From NCBI GenBank assembly GCA_029558735.1, contig JAKQDP010000054.1, positions 1-61,020 on the forward strand: a stretch of DNA of 61,020 bases, given 5' to 3'. Under the pieces are notes generated by a model. The model was not told where the DNA came from. It did no database searches and worked only from the letters and a program-made list of their open reading frames with translations. A program made the translations under genes and the position numbers. The DNA comes from a bacterium. GTDB taxonomy: Bacteria; Patescibacteriota; Patescibacteriia; 2-01-FULL-39-33. Numbering within the stretch: position 1 is the stretch's first letter; the number at the start of each line of letters is the position of its first letter. This document shows, in pieces, positions 27,383-36,597 of this stretch.

Positions 27383-28603
27383 CTAAATAATCTTCAAATC
27401 CTTGCCTATCTTTTCCATATTTTCCAATAAATAATCGATCTGCTTTCTGGTGTGGGTGGCCAAGGTGGTAAGGCGAAGGCGTTCTTGGCCTTCAGCAACT
27501 GCCGGCCGCCTGACAGCCGGAGCCAAAATGCCGGCGGCAAGCAACTTGTCTGAAAAAACAATGGCATTCTTTTCCGAGTGTAGAAGCGGTGGCACAATCG
27601 GCATAAAATCAGCTCCCAAAACTTCAAAACCCATTCTTTTTAATTCGCTTCTTAAGTATGAAGCGTTTTCTTTTGTTTTTTCTCGCAAACTATCGCCATT
27701 TTTTATCAGCTCCAATGACTTTATCAATCCGGCGACAACACAGGGAAGAATCGGATCGGAAAAAATATAACTCCTAGCTGTCACCCGCAAATATTCCGAC
27801 AAGTCAGATGTGGTGGTCGTCACAAACCCGCCGATACTGCCCCAGGCCTTAGTAAAGCTACCCATAATCACATCAACATCCTTATTAACGCCGAGATGAT
27901 GACACAATCCCTCTCCATGGGGACCAAGAACGCCAGTACCATGCGAATCGTCAACATAAACCAAAGCATCATATTCTCCGGCTAGTTTTACAATTGTCTT
28001 CAAATCGGCAAAATCGCCGTCCATACTGAAAACGCCATCAGTAATAATCAACTTCCGTTTTTTCTTATGTTCAGCTAGTAATCTCTCTAAATCTTTCATA
28101 TCATTGTGCTTATATATCTCCCTTTCCGCGCGCGATAAACGAACAGAATCAATAATACTGGCGTGATTGATTTCATCGCTCAAAATAACACCGGCCTGAT
28201 TGCCAAAAGGCAATGGCATTTTATAAGGAAATGGGTCAACAAGCATCCTAATCACACCGGCGTTGGCCAAAAAACCGGAAGAAAAAGTGATGGAGTCGGC
28301 CACTTCCATAAATTCAGCAATCTTTTTCTCTAGCTCAACCTGGACATCGAGAGTGCCGGACAGCATACGAGTACTGCCGGAACCGACGCCATATTTCCTA
28401 ACTCCGTCAATTACCGCTTCCGCCATTTCCTTGTTGCCTGCCAAGCCCAGATAATTATTTGAACAAAAAGTCAAATATTTCTTGCCATTAATGAGAACCT
28501 CGGGGTGATGCGATGGTCCGGAGACGATATTGATCTTGGGATACAATTTGCCTAATTTTAAAATTTTGACAATCCTGCCAAAGTATTTTAATGAATTTTT
28601 CAT
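27383..28603 (-). CDS. alpha-oxoamine synthase family PLP enzyme (BioF/Kbl/Spt/CqsA family)
   Basis: 406 aa. NNYLGL, HASIIDS, DDSHGTG and PLP lysine SFTKAWG. The subfamily cannot be assigned by eye. Confidence 0.9.
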   Translation of the reverse strand: MKNSLKYFGRIVKILKLGKLYPKINIVSGPSHHPEVLINGKKYLTFCSNNYLGLAGNKEMAEAVIDGVRKYGVGSGSTRMLSGTLDVQVELEKKIAEFMEVADSITFSSGFLANAGVIRMLVDPFPYKMPLPFGNQAGVILSDEINHASIIDSVRLSRAEREIYKHNDMKDLERLLAEHKKKRKLIITDGVFSMDGDFADLKTIVKLAGEYDALVYVDDSHGTGVLGPHGEGLCHHLGVNKDVDVIMGSFTKAWGSIGGFVTTTTSDLSEYLRVTARSYIFSDPILPCVVAGLIKSLELIKNGDSLREKTKENASYLRSELKRMGFEVLGADFMPIVPPLLHSEKNAIVFSDKLLAAGILAPAVRRPAVAEGQERLRLTTLATHTRKQIDYLLENMEKIGKDLKII

Positions 28604-28607
28604 TTGT

Positions 28608-28789
28608 TTATCTGATTAATTGTAAATTTATAATTTTTTTGTGCCTCCCGGTGCCGGAGCCGGCGTCAAAAATCCGGTCGCCGTCTTTCACGCTCGTAGC
28701 CTCAACGATATCCCGCAATAATTCTTGATAAGGAATGGCTTTGTTTAAAATGTCATAACTTTTAAAATACTTTCACCAAAATTTTTCAT
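28608..28789 (-). pseudogene. remnant of a class I SAM-dependent methyltransferase (frameshifted, truncated after motif I)
   Basis: Minus strand reads ..KSYDILNKAIPYQELLRDIVEATSVKDGDRIFDAGSGTGRHKKIINLQLIR*. The MKNFGESILK start is in another frame across a T4A4 run. Only about 58 codons remain, versus about 200-250 for intact family members. Confidence 0.5.
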
Positions 28790-28828
28790 CTAACATATCT
28801 TAAGATAATTTTTAATTTTCAAACAGAT

Positions 28829-28945
28829 AAATTCCAAATTTAAAATCTCAAGCTCCAAATAAATCACAATTTTACAAATCCTAAATGATCATTTTTAAAA
28901 TTTGAAATTTATTTGTTATTTGTAATTTTGAATTTATGATTTCAC
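28829..28945. repeat. AT-rich palindromic IVS-like element (no cargo)
   Basis: The right arm contains ATTTATTTGTTATTTGTAATTTTGAATTT, an exact 29-nt match to the reverse complement of 30760-30800. The left arm contains CAAGCTCCAAATAAAT, the reverse complement of 18977-18992. Confidence 0.6.
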
Positions 28946-29006
28946 TATCAGGTTCCGAAGCCAGGCGGGGGCAAGCCCCGCCCCTACAGGCGAGGAGACC
29001 TCGCCC

Positions 29007-30752
29007 CTACACGTACATCCCCTCAATCTCTTTTTGATAATGACCTTCTATCACCTGACGGCGAAGCTTCAAGGTCGGAGTGAGCTCGTCCCGTTCTTGA
29101 GAAAATTCATCAGTCAGTAAAACAAATTTTCTTATCCGCTCATAATCAGCCAAATCCTGATTGATTTTATCCAACCGCTGGCCAAACAGCTCCAAAATAT
29201 CCGGCCGATTGGCCAATTTGCTTGGCACACCCAAGGGCAATCCTTTTTCCTTGAGAAAAATCCCCACTTCCTGCCAATCCGGCACAATCAACGCCGAAAC
29301 AAATTTGCGCCGATGGGCTATTGCCATTGATTGAGCCACAAATCGGTCGATATTAATTTTTTGCTCTAGTGCTTCCGGCCAAATATTTTTGCCACCACTG
29401 GTCAGCATCATTTCTTTTTTCCGGCCGATGATTACCAATCGATTGTCCCGGCCAATAAAGCCGAGGTCGCCGGTCTTAAACCAGCCGTCATCAGTAAAAG
29501 CTTCTTTGGTCGCCTCCTGGTCGTTAAAATAACCTCGGAAAACATTTGGTCCCTTGACCAAAATTTCCTTGTCGCCGGAAATTTTTATTTCCACCCCGTC
29601 AACTGCATAGCCGACCGTGCCGAATTTGACAGCTTCGGCCCGATTGACCGCCACCACCGGCGCCGTTTCGGTCAAGCCGTAGCCCTCGACAATCAAAATC
29701 CCCAACTTTTGGAAAAACTTGGCAATCTTCGGGTCCAGACTGGCACCGCCCGACACTGTCAGCCGAAGACGGCCGCCAAGCTGGGCGCGTATTTTTTTAA
29801 ATACCAATAAATCACCAAGCTTATAACCCGGACTGCCCTGACGCTGGCGCAAGGCCCAATGAAATATATTTTTCTTAATCTTTGATCCGCTAGAAACTTT
29901 GTCCCAAATGATATCATAGAATTTTTCAAATACCCGCGGCACGGCAATCATCACTGTCGGCCGGACTTCTTTCAAATTTTGAGCCAATTGCTTAAAGCCC
30001 TCACCATAGGCAATGGTGGCGCCAAATAGTAGCGGCGTATAATATCCGGCGGTTCGCTCCAAAACATGGGACAAGGGTAGAAAAGACAAAAAAACATCGC
30101 CCTTTTTGACCGGCACCATATCATTAATCGCCGCCACATTGCTCAAAAAATTACCATGGCTAAGCGCTACTCCCTTGGGCAGGCCGGTAGTGCCCGAAGT
30201 ATAAATAATACTGGCAATGTCGTCGGATTTGACTGCCGGCAAAGACAAATCGTCAGCCGGATTTGTGCCACTGGCAATAAATTCATCCCAACTCAAACAC
30301 AATCCGCTACAGGAATCGATCGTTTCCCGGTTGACTTTTTCCATAACGATAATTTTCTCCGGCTTAGCCAAACCAGCTTGACCGATTAATACTTTATTGA
30401 GTAGAGACTCGTCAGATACGAATAAAATCTTAGCTCGGCAATGATCCAAAATATAATTGATGCTCTTGGCGCTCAAAGTGGTATGGATAGGCACGCTGAT
30501 GGCGCCAAGCGCCATCGCCGCCAAATCCGCCATCACCCACTCCGGCCGGCCATTAGATAAAATCGCCACCCGATCGCGCCGCTTGACGCCCAAGACATTC
30601 AAGGCCGAAACCACTCGCCTGATCTCTTGCGCCAATTCCTTGTAACTAAGGGAAAAATAAACTCCGTCTTGCTTGTATTTTAAAACCGGCCGATTAGCTT
30701 TCTGTTCGGCCAGGGCGAAAAAATTTGCGGGAATAGTTTTTTGTAAATCCAT
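29007..30752 (-). CDS. long-chain fatty acid--CoA ligase (AMP-binding enzyme, FadD-like)
   Basis: 581 aa. AMP-binding motif YTSGTTGLPKGV, plus GYGLTET and TGDLG..D motifs. Confidence 0.9.
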   Translation of the reverse strand: MDLQKTIPANFFALAEQKANRPVLKYKQDGVYFSLSYKELAQEIRRVVSALNVLGVKRRDRVAILSNGRPEWVMADLAAMALGAISVPIHTTLSAKSINYILDHCRAKILFVSDESLLNKVLIGQAGLAKPEKIIVMEKVNRETIDSCSGLCLSWDEFIASGTNPADDLSLPAVKSDDIASIIYTSGTTGLPKGVALSHGNFLSNVAAINDMVPVKKGDVFLSFLPLSHVLERTAGYYTPLLFGATIAYGEGFKQLAQNLKEVRPTVMIAVPRVFEKFYDIIWDKVSSGSKIKKNIFHWALRQRQGSPGYKLGDLLVFKKIRAQLGGRLRLTVSGGASLDPKIAKFFQKLGILIVEGYGLTETAPVVAVNRAEAVKFGTVGYAVDGVEIKISGDKEILVKGPNVFRGYFNDQEATKEAFTDDGWFKTGDLGFIGRDNRLVIIGRKKEMMLTSGGKNIWPEALEQKINIDRFVAQSMAIAHRRKFVSALIVPDWQEVGIFLKEKGLPLGVPSKLANRPDILELFGQRLDKINQDLADYERIRKFVLLTDEFSQERDELTPTLKLRRQVIEGHYQKEIEGMYV

Positions 30753-31251
30753 ATTTATTAAATTACAAATTCAAAATTACAAATAACAAATAAATCTCAA
30801 ATAAAAAATATCAAAAATTATTTTTCTCTTGATTTTTCCACGATAGAGGCAAATATTTTTAATAATTCTTCAGTTTCCCTTATTAAAGGTCGCATCCTTA
30901 AATCAAGCTCTGGATTTGCTTCAATAATTAAATAAAGCCAATAAATTGTTTCCTTTGCTTCCTTACGGCAAATTCTCATTCTAAACAAAAAATCCTTTTT
31001 TGTTTCCGTTTCGTTAGCTTCCCTATAGTTTGCCCCCAAAGATGTTCCCGATCTGACAACCTGATTTATTAAATTATTATTTACAATATCGTATTTGAAT
31101 GATCGCGCCATCTTAATAATTCTTTTGCCATATTCCAGCGTCCTATCTTCCAAATCATAATGCTTGTTTTTATTTTTATCAACATCCTCCATTGAATCTT
31201 ATTTGGATTTGTAATTTATTTGGAACTTGAAATTTGGAATTTGTGGTTTTT
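30753..31251. mobile_element. IVS-like inverted-repeat element carrying the four-helix-bundle protein gene
   Basis: The 30753-30815 and 31196-31251 flanks are approximate reverse complements built from ATTTGTAATTT/GAATTTG words. The same arms occur without cargo at 18880-19015 and 28829-28945. Confidence 0.45.
30818..31192 (-). CDS. four-helix-bundle protein (23S rRNA intervening-sequence protein family)
   Basis: 124 aa. VRSGTSLGANYREA...KKDFLFRMRICRKEAKETIYWLYLI matches the family signature. Confidence 0.85.
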   Translation of the reverse strand: MEDVDKNKNKHYDLEDRTLEYGKRIIKMARSFKYDIVNNNLINQVVRSGTSLGANYREANETETKKDFLFRMRICRKEAKETIYWLYLIIEANPELDLRMRPLIRETEELLKIFASIVEKSREK

Positions 31252-31287
31252 AAAATCGGCTTCTCGTGAGGGCAAAAAAAGCCGATT

Positions 31288-32079
31288 TTATTTGCTTGGT
31301 TCGTCAATAAATTCCGTAATTTTGGAAAAAAGCTCTTCTTTCAAATTTTCATCAACGATAGTATGGAGGTTGCTTTCAAACCAATATATCAATTTGTAGC
31401 TGGAGCCCAAATTTTCATGGAGGTACTGGGCGCTTTTGGGGTTGACCACCGGATCATTGGTGGCGTGCATAATCATCGCCGGCGTCTTCACCTGACCCAA
31501 ATTGGCGACTGTCTCGTACTTGATAAATTTGAAAAACTGGCGCAATGCCTTTATTGGCACCACCGGATAGGACATTTCGTCGGCCATATCGATATAATCG
31601 GTCCGATAAACCCGCCGCGGCTTACTATAATAAGGTTTAAGCCAGCCATAAAGGCAGACGCGCAACTTGATCAGCCGCTGAAACCGCAAGCGAATCGGCG
31701 TCCCCAAAGATATTACGCCGGCGGTTGTCTCGGGAAATTTACGCGCTAAATAAAAAGCGACATTGCCCCCGAAAGACACGCCGATAATAAAAATTTTCTC
31801 CACCCGGCGCTTCAATTCTTGATAATCAGCTTCAGCTTTGTCTTGCCAATCGGAAACTGTCGTCTGCTGCAAATCGGCCGGCGAGGCGCCATGTCCGGCC
31901 AGCGTCGGAGCGTAGACCGTCAGTCCTCGGTCTGACAGTGCCTGACTCAATTCCTTGAATTGGCGCGGCGTGGAAGTAAATCCATGGAACATCAAAACGC
32001 CCACTCGCGAATTATTGTCCAACAAAATCGGGTCGGCGCCAGTGATATTCTTTTTGATCATTTCTGTTTTGCCTGTCAT
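31288..32079 (-). CDS. alpha/beta hydrolase (carboxylesterase/lysophospholipase-like)
   Basis: 263 aa. HGFTSTP oxyanion region, nucleophile elbow GVSFGG, distal D and H. Confidence 0.85.
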   Translation of the reverse strand: MTGKTEMIKKNITGADPILLDNNSRVGVLMFHGFTSTPRQFKELSQALSDRGLTVYAPTLAGHGASPADLQQTTVSDWQDKAEADYQELKRRVEKIFIIGVSFGGNVAFYLARKFPETTAGVISLGTPIRLRFQRLIKLRVCLYGWLKPYYSKPRRVYRTDYIDMADEMSYPVVPIKALRQFFKFIKYETVANLGQVKTPAMIMHATNDPVVNPKSAQYLHENLGSSYKLIYWFESNLHTIVDENLKEELFSKITEFIDEPSK

Positions 32080-32080
32080 A

Positions 32081-32452
32081 TCAGCTGATTATTTTCTGCA
32101 CCCGAGTGATAATTTCCTGGGGCATTACTTCGGTCTTGGCCCAAAAATCCAACGCCCCCAAATTTTCCGCTTCCACATACAAGCTTTTTTTGTTCAGATT
32201 GGTCAGCATCACCGTCGGGATATTTTTAGTGGCCGAGTCGGCTTTGAGTCGCTTCAATACTTCCATGCCATCCATACCATCCATCACCAGATCGCACAAA
32301 ATCAAATCCGGCTTGTTTTTTTTAGCCGCTGCCAAGCCCTTGCTGCCGTTGGTCGCTTCCAATAATTTAAGACCCGCCAATTTAAAAACAGTCCGATACA
32401 GACTAATCTGATCCGGATCATCTTCAATTAATAATACTTTTGGGGTCTTCAT
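32081..32452 (-). CDS. stand-alone response regulator receiver domain
   Basis: 123 aa. VLLIEDD, LILCDLVMDGMDG, and the conserved T and K. The stop sits 1 nt from the hydrolase start. Confidence 0.9.
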   Translation of the reverse strand: MKTPKVLLIEDDPDQISLYRTVFKLAGLKLLEATNGSKGLAAAKKNKPDLILCDLVMDGMDGMEVLKRLKADSATKNIPTVMLTNLNKKSLYVEAENLGALDFWAKTEVMPQEIITRVQKIIS

Positions 32453-32455
32453 ATT

Positions 32456-34186
32456 TTATGATTGAGATTCGTTTATTTTATATCTCAGTAATTTGGTATA
32501 ATCCTTCTCCGTCTTGATGGTTCTGATTTTTTTATTCAGCGGCAAAAAAATAGTAAAAGTGGTGCCCTGATTTTCTTGGCTGGTAAAGCTGATTTTTCCA
32601 CCATGGGCATCAATGATCTTTTTGACGATAAACAGCCCCAGGCCCGAGCCGTCGGCATACATATTGACCGCATTTTTGGCGCGGGAAAATTTGTCAAACA
32701 TCTTGGCCTGGTCGGCCGCCGGAATGCCGATGCCATCATCAGCTACCGTCAGTTTAACGCCTAATACATCTTGCGACAAGCCGATAGCCACCTTGCCCTT
32801 TTTGGTATATTTAATGGCATTGTCCACCAGATTAAAAATTGCATGACGCAAAAAATCACCGTCCGCCATTACCGGCTTAACCGGCTTGGCCGGCCGCTTG
32901 AATAGCAATTTGATTTTCTTCTCTTTGGCCAAGGGCGACAGGTCTTCCACCACCGAGTCAATAATCGCCTCCACTTGAACTGGTTTGACATTCTCCTTGA
33001 CTAGTTTGAATTCTTCCGTATCCATCTCCGAGGCTTTTAGAATATCGTTGATAATAGCGCTAAGCTTTTTGGCCTTCTGAAAAATATTATCAATAAAATG
33101 GAGCTGTTTATCTCTAGGAAGCTTGTCCATGGCGCCTTCTTTGAACATTGAGGAGGTACCTAAAATGACGGAGACCGGCGTCTTGAGCTGGTGCGAAGCG
33201 ATATCCAAAAATTCCGAACGCATTTCCAATAGCTTCTTTAAATGCTCGTTGTTTTTCTGAATCGCTTTGTTGGCATTAACCAATTTTTCAGTCGTTTTTT
33301 TCAACTCATTGGTCAATTTTTCCATTTGTTCGCGCCGACTAATTTCCCGGCGCACCGACTGAACCAATAAAAGAGCAAAAACCAAAGTAATGAGAAAAAT
33401 TACCGTACGATAAAAAATCTGAATCGCGGAAGATGACAAAAATATTTCTATAAAAGTCACCAAAATAATAAACACGACGAATATTTGAGTCGCCACCAAT
33501 TTAACATCTAAAAAATTAAATTTGATAATGTTATAAGCAATTATCGCCACCATCACAAACAAAGCAATCGGACCGGTCCAGGCATAACGAAAATTTCCCA
33601 ACGCGACAAAAACCATATTAATTATCGCCGAATACATTAGGGGCGGAATAACACTGAACAAAAGCAAAAAAACTCTTTTTCGCTGAATACCGGTTGAAGA
33701 TAAAAATTTTACCAATAAAGCCAGCACCCCGATTCCCATAAACACAAAAAAGTAAATAAAATAAAAGGGATACCAATTGCCATAAATCAAGTTTCTAACG
33801 CCGCCGACAAATTCCAAATCAACAATGATTTGGCGATTGAAAAACAAAAAATAACCGATTACCGCCAGCGGCAAATACAAAGCCGGCCGAAATATTTTTT
33901 TTACCGGCATAGTTTCTCCCGGATAGACCAAGGTGAAATAAAAAAAGCTGTGAGCAATGCAAGCGCCGGCAAAATGCAAAACCAAAGACCAGCCATAAAC
34001 AATTTGCCAATTTTCAGCCACATTTTCATACATCATCATCGCAAAAGACCACGCCGCCAGTGAAGCGGAGAAAATAAAAAACCAGCGATTCACAATATTG
34101 CGCTTATTTTGAAGAATAATAGTCACCCCCAAAGCCAGATTCAAAAAAGCAACCGAAACCAAAATTATTATTTTTAATTCAGTCAT
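32456..34186 (-). CDS. sensor histidine kinase with 7TM-type N-terminal membrane domain
   Basis: 576 aa. About 7-8 TM helices in the first 280 aa. H-box FLDIASHQLKTP. ATPase boxes NLVDNAIKYT, DDGIGI, GSGLGLF. Confidence 0.9.
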   Translation of the reverse strand: MTELKIIILVSVAFLNLALGVTIILQNKRNIVNRWFFIFSASLAAWSFAMMMYENVAENWQIVYGWSLVLHFAGACIAHSFFYFTLVYPGETMPVKKIFRPALYLPLAVIGYFLFFNRQIIVDLEFVGGVRNLIYGNWYPFYFIYFFVFMGIGVLALLVKFLSSTGIQRKRVFLLLFSVIPPLMYSAIINMVFVALGNFRYAWTGPIALFVMVAIIAYNIIKFNFLDVKLVATQIFVVFIILVTFIEIFLSSSAIQIFYRTVIFLITLVFALLLVQSVRREISRREQMEKLTNELKKTTEKLVNANKAIQKNNEHLKKLLEMRSEFLDIASHQLKTPVSVILGTSSMFKEGAMDKLPRDKQLHFIDNIFQKAKKLSAIINDILKASEMDTEEFKLVKENVKPVQVEAIIDSVVEDLSPLAKEKKIKLLFKRPAKPVKPVMADGDFLRHAIFNLVDNAIKYTKKGKVAIGLSQDVLGVKLTVADDGIGIPAADQAKMFDKFSRAKNAVNMYADGSGLGLFIVKKIIDAHGGKISFTSQENQGTTFTIFLPLNKKIRTIKTEKDYTKLLRYKINESQS

Positions 34187-34232
34187 AAATTATAATTTGA
34201 ATATATATATTATAACAGTTTTCACGCCAATT

Positions 34233-34263
34233 AAAAAGCTCCCGCTAAATTACTAACGGGAGC
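34233..34263 (-). terminator. intrinsic terminator after the methyltransferase gene
   Basis: Minus strand: GCTCCCG-TTAGTAATTTAG-CGGGAGC followed by TTTTT. Confidence 0.65.
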
Positions 34264-34270
34264 AGAACGA

Positions 34271-35224
34271 TCAAGCTTTCCTGGCAACAATCACCACGCC
34301 TTGCTTGGCATAGCATTCGCCAAAGCTGGAGCTGATTATCTCGAATCCGGTTTGCTCGAGGAGCGCCTGCCACTCCTCAACGCAGAGGTAATGAGCATAG
34401 CCGGCCCGCTCCACTCTGTTCATAAACGCCGACAATTTTTTCGCCGGCACGCCATAACGAATGGCTTTATACAATTCTGTTAGCCGGCCGGTCTTAATCA
34501 ACCAACCAACAGAATCTCTCAAAATCGCCCCCCAATCAGGCTCGGGCTTGGGGGCGGAAAAGGCCAAGCAACCATTGGGCCGCAAAACTCGATTGATGTC
34601 TTGCAGACAGTTAATGAGGGCGAGCCGCTTTTGGGCGACCAATTTGCCGCCCTCAAACCACCAGCCGGCATACATCAAGCCGCCCAAGCTGGAAACAACC
34701 GAATCAACACTACCATCCCAAATGGGCAACCGAGACATCGACGACCCCTGAATCAAGGCGACCTTGCCGCAATAATTGGCTTGCCGCAAAGCCTCGGGCA
34801 CTTCGACCAGGGCCTTCCAGTCGATATCAATGGCAAAAATCTTTCTGATTGCTTTGCCATCGACTTGCAACAATTGCGAGCAAAAACCGCCGGTACCGCA
34901 GCCAAGATCAACCAGCACTTCGCCGATATGGGAATCAGCTTGCCTGGCTAAAGTCTGCTGCATAGAAATGTAGGGATGGGAGGTCGAGTTGACCAGCCAG
35001 AGAACTTCTTTGTTCCAGCGATAAAAATCCAAAATAAAATTCTTGATTTCCGGGTGCTTCCTGATTTGCCGAAATTCTTCATCACTGAAGAATTGCGGCG
35101 CCTCCGGCAAAAACTCCTCATCAATTTCGTAAAAATTCACTTTGTGGGATCTTTCCCACTTGATTTTCTGCCGTTCCTGCAGCGGCAAATATCGCAATTT
35201 CTTGGCAATATGACTGTGCGACAT
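34271..35224 (-). CDS. class I SAM-dependent methyltransferase
   Basis: 317 aa. Motif I VLVDLGCGTGGF, with an N-terminal extension of about 100 aa of unknown function. Confidence 0.8.
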   Translation of the reverse strand: MSHSHIAKKLRYLPLQERQKIKWERSHKVNFYEIDEEFLPEAPQFFSDEEFRQIRKHPEIKNFILDFYRWNKEVLWLVNSTSHPYISMQQTLARQADSHIGEVLVDLGCGTGGFCSQLLQVDGKAIRKIFAIDIDWKALVEVPEALRQANYCGKVALIQGSSMSRLPIWDGSVDSVVSSLGGLMYAGWWFEGGKLVAQKRLALINCLQDINRVLRPNGCLAFSAPKPEPDWGAILRDSVGWLIKTGRLTELYKAIRYGVPAKKLSAFMNRVERAGYAHYLCVEEWQALLEQTGFEIISSSFGECYAKQGVVIVARKA

Positions 35225-35342
35225 CTTTGCTACCTCCTCTTGTTCCTGTTTGGCGTTTGATTATTAAGGTCCAATTAAATCAACCAAACTGATTAACTTA
35301 ATTGGAACGGCAAACCGATAAAAATCAGTTTGCCGAAAAAAA

Positions 35343-36155
35343 TTAATACTGGTAAAATCCTTCACCGGTTTTGCGACCGAGTTTGCCGGCTTCGACCAGC
35401 TCAACCAGACACTGGGGCGGTTGTTCGTGGTGCTGCTGAAAAACCGACAACACCACATCCAGACCGACCATGTCCATGGTCTGGCATGGTCCGACCGACA
35501 TATTCATGGCAATCCGCCAGGCCAAGTCGATATCCGCCGGAACAGACACCCCTCGGTCAATCAATTCCAGAGCGGCGCGTTTGATCGCCTGCCAAATAAA
35601 ATTGAAGACCAGTCCCGGATTTTCCGCTCGGGCGATAATCGGCGTCAATCCCAGCGACCAGACAAAATGTTCAGCCTCGGCCAAAGTCTGCTCGGTAGTG
35701 CCAGTGCCACGCATCAATTCAACCAGCGGCCGCTGTTTGATCGGCGGATAGAAATGCATATTGACCAGCCGCGACTTAAACTGCGAATTAGTCAAATAGG
35801 CCTCCAGTTCAGAAACACAGATTGCCGAACTGTTACTGGCCAAGATTGTGGCCGTCGGAGAAAAACAGCTACTGAGCTGCTTAAAAACCTCTCCTTTTAT
35901 TTCCCGGTCTTCGTTGACCGTCTCAATCACGATCAGTTTCCGACCAGCCCACTGGTTGGCCGCCGACTCAATATTAGTAAACAATTGAATCTGATAAGCA
36001 GCCAGTTTATCGGCGACCACGGCCAAACGCGATTGGTCCCGATCGACAATGGCAGTCAAATAATTATTTGCTGCCACCCAACTGGCGATGTCACAGCCCA
36101 TCATGCCGGCGCCGACAATTAAAACTCCGCCTTGGTATTCTTGATTCTTTTCCAT
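35343..36155 (-). CDS. 3-hydroxyacyl-CoA (3-hydroxybutyryl-CoA) dehydrogenase family protein
   Basis: 270 aa. Rossmann VLIVGAGMMG, C-terminal GRKTGEGFYQY typical of the family. Strong SD (TAGGAGGGG). Confidence 0.9.
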   Translation of the reverse strand: MEKNQEYQGGVLIVGAGMMGCDIASWVAANNYLTAIVDRDQSRLAVVADKLAAYQIQLFTNIESAANQWAGRKLIVIETVNEDREIKGEVFKQLSSCFSPTATILASNSSAICVSELEAYLTNSQFKSRLVNMHFYPPIKQRPLVELMRGTGTTEQTLAEAEHFVWSLGLTPIIARAENPGLVFNFIWQAIKRAALELIDRGVSVPADIDLAWRIAMNMSVGPCQTMDMVGLDVVLSVFQQHHEQPPQCLVELVEAGKLGRKTGEGFYQY

Positions 36156-36243
36156 TTTAGCCCCTCCTAAGTGGTTGAAAAGAACAAATCTTATTTCAAT
36201 TTATTTTATCATAATTTATAAATTATGTCAAACCCCATTTGCC

Positions 36244-36474
36244 AATAAATAAAAAGTGGAGAGACTTTGACCCGATTGATCAAAAATCTCTCCACTATAG
36301 TAACGCCATCTCCTCTTTCAAGGGTTTCGTTTTGGTCGCGACTCCAGTCCTATTGATGCTAGTCGAGTCGGCCTCACGACTTTTCTCCTCTCCGATAACT
36401 CGGGAGGTCCCCTTCGATCGAGGAAATGGCGAAGAGACCAGAAGAAACCAATAGAGACTAAAGTTCTGTTCACT
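36244..36474 (-). ncRNA. structured leader RNA or sRNA of unknown class, ending in an intrinsic terminator, upstream of the dehydrogenase gene
   Basis: Its own promoter is at 36481-36509. A long-range helix, CGCCAUUUCCUC (plus-strand coordinates 36420-36431) with GAGGAGAUGGCG (36304-36315), is fully paired only on the minus strand (one G-U). Nested hairpins are present. The terminator AGUGGAGAGA..UCUCUCCACU plus UUUUAUUUAUU lies at 36244-36296. Confidence 0.5.
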
Positions 36475-36480
36475 ATCTAA

Positions 36481-36509
36481 AGTTTATCATAAAATAATCA
36501 AATTGTCAA
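36481..36509 (-). promoter_or_regulatory. sigma70-like promoter of the leader RNA/dehydrogenase unit
   Basis: Minus strand: TTGACA (36504-36509), 17 nt, TAAACT (36481-36486). Confidence 0.55.
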
Positions 36510-36518
36510 ATTTCTGTC

Positions 36519-36547
36519 TTGACTTAAAAGCCGGTTAGTGGTAAACT
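36519..36547 (+). promoter_or_regulatory. sigma70-like promoter of the FadL-like gene (divergent)
   Basis: TTGACT (36519-36524), 17 nt, TAAACT (36542-36547). Confidence 0.5.
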
Positions 36548-36597
36548 TTTAAGTTGAAGCTCTTTAACAAAAACCCTGAACAAAAAGGAGAAACCAG

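Noticed and set aside
36239-36454. 71-aa plus-strand ORF.
   Set aside because: It spans a region whose helices pair best on the minus strand and which is bracketed by a minus-strand promoter and terminator. It is more likely a structured RNA.
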